The notes: generated from the sequence alone by a model not told the origin. Numbered from the stretch's first letter, positions 1 through 12,538 are shown. The stretch: 64,000 bases of DNA from an uncultured Christensenella sp. (GCA_949284695.1 CASDWJ010000019.1:279-64278); one strand, 5' to 3'. Program-made: numbers and translations.

Positions 1-262
1 GTCTGATCGCGCCTGCCTGACCGGTGAAACCGCCGCCGCAAACGTTGACGCAAACGTCGAACTTGCCGGTAGCTTCGACCAACTCGAGGGGCTGACGCAC
101 GATGAGTTTGAGCGTGTCGAGACCGAAATAGTTGTCGATATCTCTCTTGTTGATGGTGATAACGCCGCTGCCGCCGGGGATGAGTCTGACTCTTGCGATA
201 GCCTTCTTTCTTCTGCCCGTACCCCAGTACTGAACCTTCTTCTTAGTCTTTTTAGTAGCCAT
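1..262 (-). CDS. rpsI: 30S ribosomal protein S9 (5' part; continues beyond the window start)
   Basis: Manual translation from ATG at 262: [27 protein letters not shown]...[12 protein letters not shown], with the S9 motifs GRRK and GGGxxGQAGAIR. SD AGGAG upstream; lies directly downstream of rplM. Confidence 0.97.
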   Translation of the reverse strand, partial: MATKKTKKKVQYWGTGRRKKAIARVRLIPGGSGVITINKRDIDNYFGLDTLKLIVRQPLELVEATGKFDVCVNVCGGGFTGQAGAIR

Positions 263-280
263 ATCTCTTTACGCTCCTTA

Positions 281-709
281 TTAGAATTTCAATTCTTCGG
301 GCTTCTGCGCCTCGTGATTGTGCTCTGCTCCCGCGTAAACTCTGAGATGCTTGAGCATCTTTCTGCCGAGCGAGTTCTTGGGAAGCATGCCCTTGACTGC
401 GAGCATAACTGCGGCTTCGGGCTTGGTTTCCATAAGTTTCTTGTACTGGATCTGTTTGAGACCGCCGACGTAGCCGGTGTGGTAGGTGTGGAATTTCTTC
501 TCGAGCTTCTTACCCGTCAGTACGACTTTCGCGCAGTTGACGACGATGACGTTGTCGCCGGTGTCGACGTTGGGGGTGTAGGTCGGCTTGTTTTTTCCTT
601 TGAGAACGGAAGCGACGTTGGAAGCGAGTCTACCGAGTACCATATCGGTAGCGTCTACAACGTACCACTTCTTCTGAATCTCTTCGGGCTTAGCCATATA
701 TGTCTTCAT
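281..709 (-). CDS. rplM: 50S ribosomal protein L13
   Basis: [37 protein letters not shown] and HEAQKP are L13 motifs; canonical rplM-rpsI pair. Confidence 0.99.
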   Translation of the reverse strand: MKTYMAKPEEIQKKWYVVDATDMVLGRLASNVASVLKGKNKPTYTPNVDTGDNVIVVNCAKVVLTGKKLEKKFHTYHTGYVGGLKQIQYKKLMETKPEAAVMLAVKGMLPKNSLGRKMLKHLRVYAGAEHNHEAQKPEELKF

Positions 710-797
710 GGTGAGACCTCCGTGTGTTATTCTTTGTCTTGCCGATATTCCGCTCGAGAGGGGCTATTCTTTCGCGTTTTTTCGTGCGTGCGTATTT

Positions 798-826
798 ATA
801 TTATCAGTAAAGACCTTGCTTGTCAA
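798..826 (-). promoter_or_regulatory. sigma70/sigmaA promoter of rplM-rpsI
   Basis: Minus strand TTGACA-N17-TAATAT with TG extension. The ~80-nt leader that follows may be an L13-leader-like element (unverified). Confidence 0.65.
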
Positions 827-889
827 CGGTTTTTCAACGCGTTTTTTGAATTTTTTACAAAATTTTCCCGCCCGCAAATCTGCAACGCG

Positions 890-1642
890 TCAGACGTCGT
901 ACCCTTCGTAATAAACTTTTTCGAGACAGAGACCGCATCCTTCGAGCGTCTTACCTGCGTCGCTCCTCTTTTTGCTTGCGATGATGAGAGGGATCTGCTC
1001 TATCGCGAATCTGCCTCTGCCGAGATCTATCAGCGTACCCGTGATCGCCCTGACCATATTGTGAAGGAAGCCGTTGCCCGTATAATAAAATTCGAGCTGT
1101 CTGCCGTCCTCGGACACCTCTATATGCACGTCGTAAAGCGTCCTGACGGTCGTCCTGACCTGCGCGCCCGACAGCATAAAACTTCTGAAGTCGTGCTCCC
1201 CCACGAAATACCTGCACGCCTCCTGCATAAGCGGCACGTCGAGATCGTAAAAACAGACGTGATTGTATTTTCTCTTTAGCGGGCTGTGTATTTTTGAAAG
1301 ATATACGCGGTAGACGTATGTCTTTTTCTTCGCGCCGAAGCGGGCATGAAAATTCTCGTCCACCTTCACGCATTTCTTTATCGCAATATCCTCGGGCAGA
1401 AGCGGATTCATTCTCCAGCCGAAATCCGAACAGTCTATCTCGACGTTGCTGTCGAAATGCACGACCTGTCCGCGCGCGTGCACTCCCGCGTCCGTCCTGC
1501 CGCTCGCCGTCACGGTAATGCCGTGCTGAAGTTTTACCGAAAGCGCTTCCTCGAGCGCCTGCTGAACGGAAGGCAGACCGTCCTGCCTCTGAAAGCCGTG
1601 GTAATTACTGCCGTCGTATTCTATAACAAGCGCGTATCTCAT
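890..1642 (-). CDS. truA: tRNA pseudouridine(38-40) synthase
   Basis: EYDGSNYHGFQRQ, SGRTDAGVHARGQ, FHARF and GNGFLHNMVR motifs; standard position after ecfT. Confidence 0.98.
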   Translation of the reverse strand: MRYALVIEYDGSNYHGFQRQDGLPSVQQALEEALSVKLQHGITVTASGRTDAGVHARGQVVHFDSNVEIDCSDFGWRMNPLLPEDIAIKKCVKVDENFHARFGAKKKTYVYRVYLSKIHSPLKRKYNHVCFYDLDVPLMQEACRYFVGEHDFRSFMLSGAQVRTTVRTLYDVHIEVSEDGRQLEFYYTGNGFLHNMVRAITGTLIDLGRGRFAIEQIPLIIASKKRSDAGKTLEGCGLCLEKVYYEGYDV

Positions 1643-2487
1643 GCGGCAAGCCCCTTGAAAAATTCCACTATATACGAGTCGACGCCGCCGACGAGGTATT
1701 TGTCGAGGAATATCAGCGTCGCGAAAGCGGCGACGATCAGGAACGCGATCGCGTCCTTATAAGTCAATCTGAGCACTTTCATCTTGGTGCGCTTTTCGGT
1801 CGCGTTGTAACAGCGCGCGTCGAGTGCGTCGGCAAGCTCGTCCGCTCTCCTTATCGCGCTGACGAAAAGAGGTATCAGCACGGGAAGCAGCGCCTTGACT
1901 TTTTTGACGAGTCCGCCCGTGTCTATCTCTGCGCCCCTCGCCTTTTGCGCCATCATTATCTTGTCCGTTTCGTCCATAAGACCGGGGATAAAGCGAAGCG
2001 CTATGCTCATGATAAGCGCGATGTCGTGAACGGGTACGCCGATAAATTTCAGCGGCTTTAAAAGGCTCTCTATCGCGTCGGTCAGCTCCATCGGCGTGGT
2101 CGTGAAAGAAAGGAGCGAAGTCCCCATCACGAGCAAAGATATCCTAAGCGCCATCTTGATCGCGAAATCTATGCCGCCGAGCGTGATCTTTATCTTCCAC
2201 CACTCGAAAAGCACCTTGCCGCTGTCGTAGAAGAATATGTTGATTATCGCGGTGAAAAGCATGATGAATATTATCGCTTTGACGCTTTTTATCAGATTCC
2301 TGAAAGGTATCCTGCTTATCAGGCATACGAGCGCGAGAAAGAGCGCGACGACCGCGTAGCCGACGTAGGAGACGACGAAGAATATCGTCACCATGAAGAT
2401 GATCGAAAATATCACTTTCGCGCGCGGATCGAGCCTGTGAACGACCGAGCCCGTGGGATAATACTGACCGAAAGACACGTCTCTCAT
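1639..2487 (-). CDS. ecfT: ECF transporter transmembrane T component
   Basis: HRLDPRAK, ALRFIP, AQKARG and ALDARCY motifs; polytopic; overlaps ecfA2 and truA. Confidence 0.96.
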   Translation of the reverse strand: MRDVSFGQYYPTGSVVHRLDPRAKVIFSIIFMVTIFFVVSYVGYAVVALFLALVCLISRIPFRNLIKSVKAIIFIMLFTAIINIFFYDSGKVLFEWWKIKITLGGIDFAIKMALRISLLVMGTSLLSFTTTPMELTDAIESLLKPLKFIGVPVHDIALIMSIALRFIPGLMDETDKIMMAQKARGAEIDTGGLVKKVKALLPVLIPLFVSAIRRADELADALDARCYNATEKRTKMKVLRLTYKDAIAFLIVAAFATLIFLDKYLVGGVDSYIVEFFKGLAA

Positions 2488-3446
2488 CGCTTATCCTCCC
2501 CGCTCTGCGTGCCATCATTCCCCCCGTCCGTGTCAAAATCGAACGCGTTGAAGCTGACGTCGGTTTTCACCGGTTTGTCCATATGTTTTTTATTGTATGC
2601 CGTCACTATCGCATAAAGCAGATCGTTGAGCGAGACGACGTCTCCTTCGAGTTGAACGCCTCTCTCTCTCAGCTTTTGCGCGATCCTTACCGCCTTGGGT
2701 ATTTCAAGACCGACCGCGTGCAGTTCGTCCGCATGTCTGAAAAGTTCGTTCATCGGCAGGTCGAACATGACTTTGCCGTCGTTGAAAACGACTATCCTGT
2801 TGGCAAAACGCGTGATCTCGTCAACGTCGTGGGAAATGACTATGACAGTCGGTGAACATTCCTTCTTGAGGCGGGTGATCAGCGACAATATCTGTTCTTT
2901 GCCGTACGGGTCGAGTCCCGCCGTAGGCTCGTCAAGTATAAGGACTTTGGGTTGCATAGCGATTATTCCCGCAATAGCGACCCTCCTTTTCTGCCCGCCC
3001 GAAAGCTCGAACGGCGCTCTGTCCTTTATATCGTCGTAGTCGAGCCCGACGAGTTCTATCGCCCTTTTTACGCGCCTTTTCACTTCCTCGTCGTCGAGCC
3101 CCATATTCTTGGGACCGAACGCGACGTCCTTCTCGACCGTGTCCTCGAAAAGCTGATATTCGGGATATTGGAACACCATTCCGACCGTACCGCGCAGTCT
3201 CCTCAGGTCGCTCTTGTTCTTCTTGTCGGGCACGAGTTTTATATCAAAAACGTCTATCTCGCCGCTCTGCAGTTTGAACAGCCCGTTGAGGTGCATGATG
3301 AACGTGGACTTGCCGCTGCCGGTATGCCCGATTATGCCGAGGAAATCCCCTTCGTTGATCGTCAGATTCACGCCTTTGAGCGCGTGTCTCTCGAAAGGAG
3401 TCTTCGCGCTGTAAACGTAATTGACGTCTCTTACAACAATCTGCAT
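2484..3446 (-). CDS. ecfA2: ECF transporter ATPase 2
   Basis: Walker A GHTGSGKST, VFQYPEYQLFE, LSGGQKRR, LDEPTAGLDP. Confidence 0.96.
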   Translation of the reverse strand: MQIVVRDVNYVYSAKTPFERHALKGVNLTINEGDFLGIIGHTGSGKSTFIMHLNGLFKLQSGEIDVFDIKLVPDKKNKSDLRRLRGTVGMVFQYPEYQLFEDTVEKDVAFGPKNMGLDDEEVKRRVKRAIELVGLDYDDIKDRAPFELSGGQKRRVAIAGIIAMQPKVLILDEPTAGLDPYGKEQILSLITRLKKECSPTVIVISHDVDEITRFANRIVVFNDGKVMFDLPMNELFRHADELHAVGLEIPKAVRIAQKLRERGVQLEGDVVSLNDLLYAIVTAYNKKHMDKPVKTDVSFNAFDFDTDGGNDGTQSGEDKR

Positions 3447-4273
3447 AAGCTGTCTACAAGCGCCTCCTCGTCCGTGATCGTGGGATCGACGTCCATTCCC
3501 GCCTTGGCAAGCGTGACCGCAAGCCTCGTCACGCAGGGAACGTCGAGTTTTATTTTCGTAAGCAGTTCGTACTCTTTGAATACGTCTGCGGGTCTGCCGT
3601 CAAGCATCACCTTGCCGTCATTCATCACTATAAGCCTGTCCGCTCCGAGAGCCTCGTCCATATAGTGAGTGATGTGGACGACGGTCATCTTTTCTTCTCG
3701 GTTGAGTTGTCTGACGACCGCCATGACCTCGTCTCTGCCCTTGGGGTCGAGCATCGCGGTGGACTCGTCGAGCACCATTACGCGCGGCTTTATCGCAAGC
3801 ACGCCCGCGATCGCAAGCCTCTGCTTCTGTCCGCCGCTCATCTTGAACGGGGTCGCGTGGCGGAATTCGCTCATTCCGACCTTTTCGAGCGCCCAGTCGA
3901 CGCGACGGATTATCTCCTCGCGCGGTACTCCGAGATTTTCGGGACCGAAAGCGATGTCGTCCTCGACGTCTGTCGCGATCATCTGATTGTCGGGGTTCTG
4001 AAAGACCATGCCGACGCTCGAACGCACGTCGAATATCCTCTTGTCGTCCGACGTGTCCACGCCGTAGACGAGCACTCTGCCCGAAGTCGGGGTCAGCAAG
4101 CCGTTGAGAAGTTTCGCCAGCGTGGATTTGCCGCTGCCGTTGTGTCCGACGAGCGCGACGAAAGAGCCTTCCTCTATATCGAGAGAAACGCCGTTCACCG
4201 CCTTATGCTCCTCGCCCTCGTTCGTCGGGTAGGAGAAAGACACGTTTTCGAGTTTTATCGCGATCTCAGCCAT
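3431..4273 (-). CDS. ecfA1: ECF transporter ATPase 1
   Basis: GHNGSGKST, VFQNPDNQ, SGGQKQR, LDESTAMLDP. Confidence 0.96.
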   Translation of the reverse strand: MAEIAIKLENVSFSYPTNEGEEHKAVNGVSLDIEEGSFVALVGHNGSGKSTLAKLLNGLLTPTSGRVLVYGVDTSDDKRIFDVRSSVGMVFQNPDNQMIATDVEDDIAFGPENLGVPREEIIRRVDWALEKVGMSEFRHATPFKMSGGQKQRLAIAGVLAIKPRVMVLDESTAMLDPKGRDEVMAVVRQLNREEKMTVVHITHYMDEALGADRLIVMNDGKVMLDGRPADVFKEYELLTKIKLDVPCVTRLAVTLAKAGMDVDPTITDEEALVDSLCRLL

Positions 4274-4489
4274 GCTTTGCCCTCACAATATGTGAAATTA
4301 TACCACAAGGAGCGCCAAACCGCAAATATTTGACGCGCATTTACTCCGCGTGCGCAAAAACGCTTCCTCAAGCCTCTGCCCCGTCCTCGAAGGTTACTCC
4401 GCTATGCCCAGTTCGCTTACGTGCGACCGCGCGTTTAAGACTATGTTAAAAAAATTGCATACCGAAGCAGGTTATTTGGACTAAATTCA

Positions 4490-4518
4490 TTGACTTGCAA
4501 AACCCAATCCTATATAAT
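4490..4518 (+). promoter_or_regulatory. sigmaA promoter of PFOR
   Basis: TTGACT (4490-4495), 17-bp spacer, TATAAT (4513-4518); SD GGAGG before ATG 4600. Confidence 0.75.
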
Positions 4519-4566
4519 TACATATGTGTGTGAAAGTAAAATAATATAAATATACACAAACTATAA

Positions 4567-8124
<3,558 letters not shown>

Positions 8125-8167
8125 ACGCTTCGCTTAGCAAGGGGCACCAAAATCCCGACGCTTAATC

Positions 8168-8196
8168 AAAGGGCTGTTCGCAAGGACAGCCCTTTT
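8168..8196 (+). terminator. intrinsic terminator after PFOR
   Basis: AAAGGGCTGT-tcgcaagg-ACAGCCCTTTT hairpin with T tract. Confidence 0.8.
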
Positions 8197-8383
8197 CATA
8201 TACGCTGTGATTTGTGTTTCCCCTTGCTTTATCCCCTCCGTGCTTCGACCTTACCCTGCGGCTTTCGGTCTCATAACGTACTTTTCACAAAAAGCGTGGT
8301 TTTTGTGAAAAGAAATAGAATTTATACACGCTATTTGATCGGACGTAAATTTTTATTTAAATGTATTAGCAAAATCAATTTGT

Positions 8384-8415
8384 TGATATAATCTTAATTG
8401 AGGTTAAATCTCAAT
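8384..8415 (+). promoter_or_regulatory. extended -10 promoter with overlapping Fur-box-like 9-1-9 palindrome
   Basis: TGaTATAAT at 8384-8392; ATTGAGGTT-A-AATCTCAAT at 8397-8415 (8 of 9 positions symmetric), directly upstream of a Fur-family gene. Confidence 0.6.
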
Positions 8416-8428
8416 AAGGAAAATTGAC

Positions 8429-8817
8429 ATGATTCATAGAAAAACTATTCAAAACGCATTGGTCTTAGACACAGTGAAAAAACTTCATCGCCATGTAACT
8501 GCTGACGAAGTTTTTAAGAAATTGTTAAAGATCATCCCAATATCGGGAGAGGGACTGTCTATCGCAACTTGCAAAAACTGAGCGAAACAGGTGAAATAAG
8601 AAAAGTTGAAGTGACAGAAGGCGCTGACTGTTACGGTTTTATAGTTCAGCCGCATTATCACATACGCTGTACAAAGTGCGGAAAGGTCTTTGACGTGGAT
8701 ATGCCTTATATAAAGGACTTAGAAGACAAAGTTAAAGATTTTCACGGTTTTTCCGAAGTCAGTCACGACATTATGTTCAAAGGGATCTGCCCCGCTTGTC
8801 GGGAAAAAAATAAATAA
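8429..8817 (+). pseudogene. Fur/PerR-family metalloregulator split by a 1-nt frameshift
   Basis: ATG 8429 reads MIHRKTIQNALVLDTVKKLHRHVTADEVF. After ~8517 the Fur sequence continues in the -1 frame: EIVKDHPNIGRGTVYRNLQKL...HYHIRCTKCGKVFD...GICPAC. This includes the TVYRNL helix, HxH and two CxxC motifs. Confidence 0.85.
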
Positions 8818-8835
8818 TTTGAAGGAGATATCAAT

Positions 8836-9402
8836 ATGAGAAGTATCACTAAACTTGATCTTCAGTACGCACACAGATTTTACGGATTTAAGGGTGAAGC
8901 TCAATATCTGCACGGACACACGGGCGTGCTTACGATTGAAGTTGAAGACAGCGTCAACGAAGGCGTAAATATGGTTTTCCCCTGCAACGAAATTCAGAAA
9001 ACGGCATGGGACGTTCTGAAAAATTTCGATCATGCGCTTGTTTTAAGAGAAGACGACCCGCTTTTGCCCGCCATTCTCGACGTATACGAAAAACAAGGCA
9101 TTAAGAACGGCTCGCCTCAGAACACGATGAAAGGCGCAGCTTTTAAAACAGAGCTTGCAACGGCTTACCCTGATTGTCGCCTTGTAGTTACGAAAGAGAC
9201 CATGACTGTCGAGGGCATGATAAAGATCGTATACAGTCTTCTTAAAGACAAACTAAACATTGCAAAGCTCACGTTTACCAGCGGTGTGAACGCGGCGAGC
9301 GCAGAATTTGACACGCATAATCAGATCGATCGCTGTCCTCTTTGCGGTATCGCGTTAAACACGAACGGAGTATGCCCGAAATGCGGGTATAAAAAGAACT
9401 GA
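8836..9402 (+). CDS. QueD/6-pyruvoyl-tetrahydropterin synthase (T-fold) family protein with C-terminal CxxC-x9-CxxC zinc ribbon
   Basis: AHR...LHGH metal-binding His triad, FDH, TxE motif (TMTVEG); C-terminus CPLC...CPKC; SD AAGGAG. Confidence 0.8.
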   Translation: MRSITKLDLQYAHRFYGFKGEAQYLHGHTGVLTIEVEDSVNEGVNMVFPCNEIQKTAWDVLKNFDHALVLREDDPLLPAILDVYEKQGIKNGSPQNTMKGAAFKTELATAYPDCRLVVTKETMTVEGMIKIVYSLLKDKLNIAKLTFTSGVNAASAEFDTHNQIDRCPLCGIALNTNGVCPKCGYKKN

Positions 9403-9426
9403 AAACCTGTCAATACCGATTTTACA

Positions 9427-9461
9427 AAAGCGCAGTCTTAAACGGAAAGACTGCGCTTTTT
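9427..9461 (+). terminator. bidirectional-type intrinsic terminator
   Basis: AAAAGCGCAGTCTT-loop-AAGACTGCGCTTTT, between convergent genes. Confidence 0.8.
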
Positions 9462-9545
9462 ATTTGAAAGGTCGATATCTGAATCAACTTGATACGGTAT
9501 CCTTCAAGATCCGACTTCACCGCCAATACGGTTATCGTCAGATCG

Positions 9546-10007
9546 TCAAAGATATTCTCTGAGTCTGAGCCACTCCTCTTCTTTCCAGCCGCCTGCGTTG
9601 GCGGGAGAGGTGGAAGGAAGGCTTATGAAGTCTATCCCGGGATAGGCTTTTTTCGCGACCGCGTACGACTTTTTGCCGTTGCAGAACACCGCTTTGATAT
9701 GCGTTGCCGCGAGGACGGCGGGGATATTGCTCGGCACGGCGTTTTTTATGTCGCTGTCGAGAGAGCCTTCTCTGTCGCAGGAGTATATGCTGTCCATCAG
9801 CGCGATGCCGTTTTCAAGAAGAAAAGCGCGCTTGCCGTCTATACTTTCTGGCACGGGCTTTCCCGTTATCTTTGCCATTGTAGACCAGAAGCGGTTCCTG
9901 GGGTGCATATAGTAGAATCCCTGTTTCAGGGATTCGACCGAAGCCATGCTCCCCAAAATAAGGATCTTGCTGTTTTTATCGTATATCGGCTTGAAGCTGT
10001 ATATCAT
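9546..10007 (-). CDS. DNA-deoxyinosine (hypoxanthine) glycosylase, UDG family 6
   Basis: Start revised to ATG 10007 (ATGA overlap with the upstream stop). ILILGSM, YYMHPRNRFW, GSLDSDI, FCNGK and LPSTSPAN motifs. Confidence 0.88.
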   Translation of the reverse strand: MIYSFKPIYDKNSKILILGSMASVESLKQGFYYMHPRNRFWSTMAKITGKPVPESIDGKRAFLLENGIALMDSIYSCDREGSLDSDIKNAVPSNIPAVLAATHIKAVFCNGKKSYAVAKKAYPGIDFISLPSTSPANAGGWKEEEWLRLREYL

Positions 10008-10828
10008 TTTATGAAAATATGCGTGCTGGGAGCGGCGCCCGACAAAATGTCGCTTATCGCGTATTTCGGGCTGGCGATATAGACTTCTGTGCCGTTCTCG
10101 AGCGGCGCTTTTATATATTCGAGCTTTGCGTAAGCGCCGTTGGCGCCCTCTCTCGAACTGCCGACGCACACTTTCTGATACTCGCATACCGCGTCTATCG
10201 TCTCGTAACTGTCCTTGCCGCATATCTCGGGTATAAGCGTGGACGGGTCGCCCGGTACGCTGTAAATGCCGTCCGTCGACGTGAAGATGAGCAGCGTCTT
10301 GCACTTGACAAGACATGCTATCTGCGAAGCGGTCTCGTCGTTGTCGGCGCAATGCACGACGTGCTTTTTGCTTTTCATCAGATTCTGAAGTTCGGTCTTG
10401 ACGATCTCCTCGCTGGAGAGCGGGTCGTTGTAGTTGATGATCGGGATAACGCCTTGCGCGGGGCAACGCAGAAGCAGCTTTTTGAGATATTCGCGCTTTG
10501 CGTCGTCATTGAAGTGCTGATGCTCTACGAGTATCTGTCTCAGCCCGTATCTGGGGTCTGTGAACTGCCTGTAATTGGACATAAGGATCGCCTGTCCCTG
10601 CGCCGCGTAGTCCGTCTTGACGTCCTCGTACGCGCCGATCAGTTCTCTGCCCGTGCGCCTTATGTAGTCGAGACGTCCTATCTCGGTCGCGCCGCTCGTG
10701 ACCCATATATATCCGGGTCTGAGCTGACGGCTGATCTTGGCAATCACGTTGTAGTCGATGTCCCCCCACTTTTTGTTGACGAGAGCCATCGAGCCGACCT
10801 TGCCGACGAGTTCTATATCGAAAGTCAT
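10004..10828 (-). CDS. amino acid kinase family protein (glutamate 5-kinase-like, no PUA domain)
   Basis: LVGKVGS, VTSGA, AAQGQ, IPIINYND, DNDETASQIA and TSTDGIY match ProB-like AAK motifs; start set at 10828 (ATGA overlap). Confidence 0.8.
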   Translation of the reverse strand: MTFDIELVGKVGSMALVNKKWGDIDYNVIAKISRQLRPGYIWVTSGATEIGRLDYIRRTGRELIGAYEDVKTDYAAQGQAILMSNYRQFTDPRYGLRQILVEHQHFNDDAKREYLKKLLLRCPAQGVIPIINYNDPLSSEEIVKTELQNLMKSKKHVVHCADNDETASQIACLVKCKTLLIFTSTDGIYSVPGDPSTLIPEICGKDSYETIDAVCEYQKVCVGSSREGANGAYAKLEYIKAPLENGTEVYIASPKYAISDILSGAAPSTHIFIK

Positions 10829-11328
10829 TTTGCAATCTCCTTTAACCATTCTTTTGTACGGTTGCAGACCGTGTCGTATCTGTTGACGCGTTCCAGCACC
10901 AGATCAGCGCTTGCGCGGATGAGTTTCCACCTTTCGGTGAGTAATTTTTTCGTCTGTCCGAGCGCTTTCGCGAGCGGCTCGCAGTATAGTTTATCCGCCG
11001 CCTTGGCGAGCGCGCAGTCGACCGCCACGATATAACAGTCTTTTGCAAGCTCGGCAAGAGTCTTTTCCGTGACGAGATCTACGCTTAGCGCAATGACGGA
11101 ATTTTCGCTGTCCGCAAGCGTCAGCACGGTATCGTCACACTTGGACTGCACGAACTGCCTGCTTGTCAGCTTGGCAAGTTCTTCGGGTTTCTTCCCTGCG
11201 GAAAAATAGTCGAAAATGCCCATCGAACACGCAAAGGTCATATCGAGGTCTTTCGCGAGTTTTTCCGCCGCCCTGCGGCACAGCTTATAGTCCGCGCTTA
11301 CGAGCGCGATCTTACTCTTGTACGACAT
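10825..11328 (-). CDS. shikimate-kinase-fold protein with degenerate P-loop
   Basis: Size and pattern (KIALV...AAEKLAKDLDMTF...SVIALS...IVAVD...ADLVLE) resemble AroK, but there is no GxxGxGKS; translationally coupled on both sides. Confidence 0.5.
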   Translation of the reverse strand: MSYKSKIALVSADYKLCRRAAEKLAKDLDMTFACSMGIFDYFSAGKKPEELAKLTSRQFVQSKCDDTVLTLADSENSVIALSVDLVTEKTLAELAKDCYIVAVDCALAKAADKLYCEPLAKALGQTKKLLTERWKLIRASADLVLERVNRYDTVCNRTKEWLKEIAK

Positions 11329-12538
11329 ACGCGTCGCGCTTTATGCAGACGACGTAAAGTTTCTGTCCGTCCGTAATGACCGCCGCGACCTGCACTTCGC
11401 CGTAATTCTTGTCCGCGGCTTCCGAAGCCGTGATGTTTATGCCGCCGTTTGCGCCGATTTTAACGGTGATGTCGCCGTCGCTGCCCGTTATGTATATCTG
11501 CCTGAAGCCGTTGTAATCCGCGTCGGGAACGGCATCGGTATATCCGTCAAGTCTTGCCAGCAATTCCTTGGTCGGATGCTCGTAACTGCCCGGCACTTCC
11601 CTCGACCCGTTTGTCGATATGATAGCAAACTCCGCGTCTATCTTGTCGAGGAACGCCTGAGTCGTGGAAGTTTTAGAGCCATGATGTCCCACTTTAAGTA
11701 TATCTGTGTCGATATTGTCGAGATAGCCTTTGGCGAGCACGTATTCCTCTGTTATTTCGTTGGCATCGCCGGTCAGCACGATCGTCCTGTCGGCATATTC
11801 AAGCAGGCATATCGGAGAAACTGAATTTATTTTCTCAGCATCTGCCTTGCTTTCGGTCGAACAATCCGGATAGTTATTTTCGTCAAATGCATAACACTTC
11901 ATCTCCCAGTTTTCGCCGCTTATCGTATACGCGCCTACGTTGTTGTTATACTCTGCGTCTACGGTTTTGCCGTCAGCCGACGTATACGTCTCCGCTCTCG
12001 CCGCCTCGAGCAGGTTGAGCCACGTGTTGCTGTACTGCGCCTTGTCAAGCGGCATATAAAGCGACTTTATCTCATAGTTGTCAAGAAGTTTCTTGGCGTC
12101 TCGGATATGGTCGTAGTCTCCGTGAGTGATAAACAGATAATCTATCTGCGTTACGTTTTTTGATTTCAGGAACTCGTCGGCATGGTTCCACGGAGAAGTT
12201 GACCTGAGTTCGCTGCCGATATCCATCATCATATTCTTGCCGTCGGGAAATGCTATATATATGCAGTCTCCCTGACCTATGTCGAGCACGGTCATCTCGA
12301 GCGTATCGCCAGTAACGTAAGGATTGTCCTCCTGTCCGCTGCCGTTGCCGATATTTCCGCCCGTATCCTGCGGCTCGTCCTTTTGAGTAAGCGAAGCGAT
12401 GATGCCGTTTATAACATCGGGTCTGAAGTACCACAGCGCGACGAGCGCCGCGATTATTATCAACACTAAGACGACAAGGAAGATTATCTTGCCCTTGCTG
12501 AGTTTTTTCTTGCGTTTTGCCGTTTTAGCTCTTGCCAT
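11312..12538 (-). CDS. membrane-anchored ComEC/Rec2-type metallo-beta-lactamase-fold hydrolase
   Basis: Basic N-terminus plus one TM; LDIGQGDC, THGDYDH, LTGDA and KVGHHGS motifs; no ComEC channel domain. Confidence 0.88.
   Translation of the reverse strand: MARAKTAKRKKKLSKGKIIFLVVLVLIIIAALVALWYFRPDVINGIIASLTQKDEPQDTGGNIGNGSGQEDNPYVTGDTLEMTVLDIGQGDCIYIAFPDGKNMMMDIGSELRSTSPWNHADEFLKSKNVTQIDYLFITHGDYDHIRDAKKLLDNYEIKSLYMPLDKAQYSNTWLNLLEAARAETYTSADGKTVDAEYNNNVGAYTISGENWEMKCYAFDENNYPDCSTESKADAEKINSVSPICLLEYADRTIVLTGDANEITEEYVLAKGYLDNIDTDILKVGHHGSKTSTTQAFLDKIDAEFAIISTNGSREVPGSYEHPTKELLARLDGYTDAVPDADYNGFRQIYITGSDGDITVKIGANGGINITASEAADKNYGEVQVAAVITDGQKLYVVCIKRDAYVVQE

Noticed and set aside
4443-4460. 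Rex operator upstream of PFOR (ATGTTAAAAAAATTGCAT)
   Set aside because: Biologically plausible, but several mismatches to the TTGT(G/T)AA-N4-TT(C/A)ACAA consensus in AT-rich DNA; not supportable by eye.
8505-8525. Programmed -1 ribosomal frameshift in the Fur gene
   Set aside because: No X XXY YYZ heptamer in the right phase, and slipping on the T run puts TAA in the A site.
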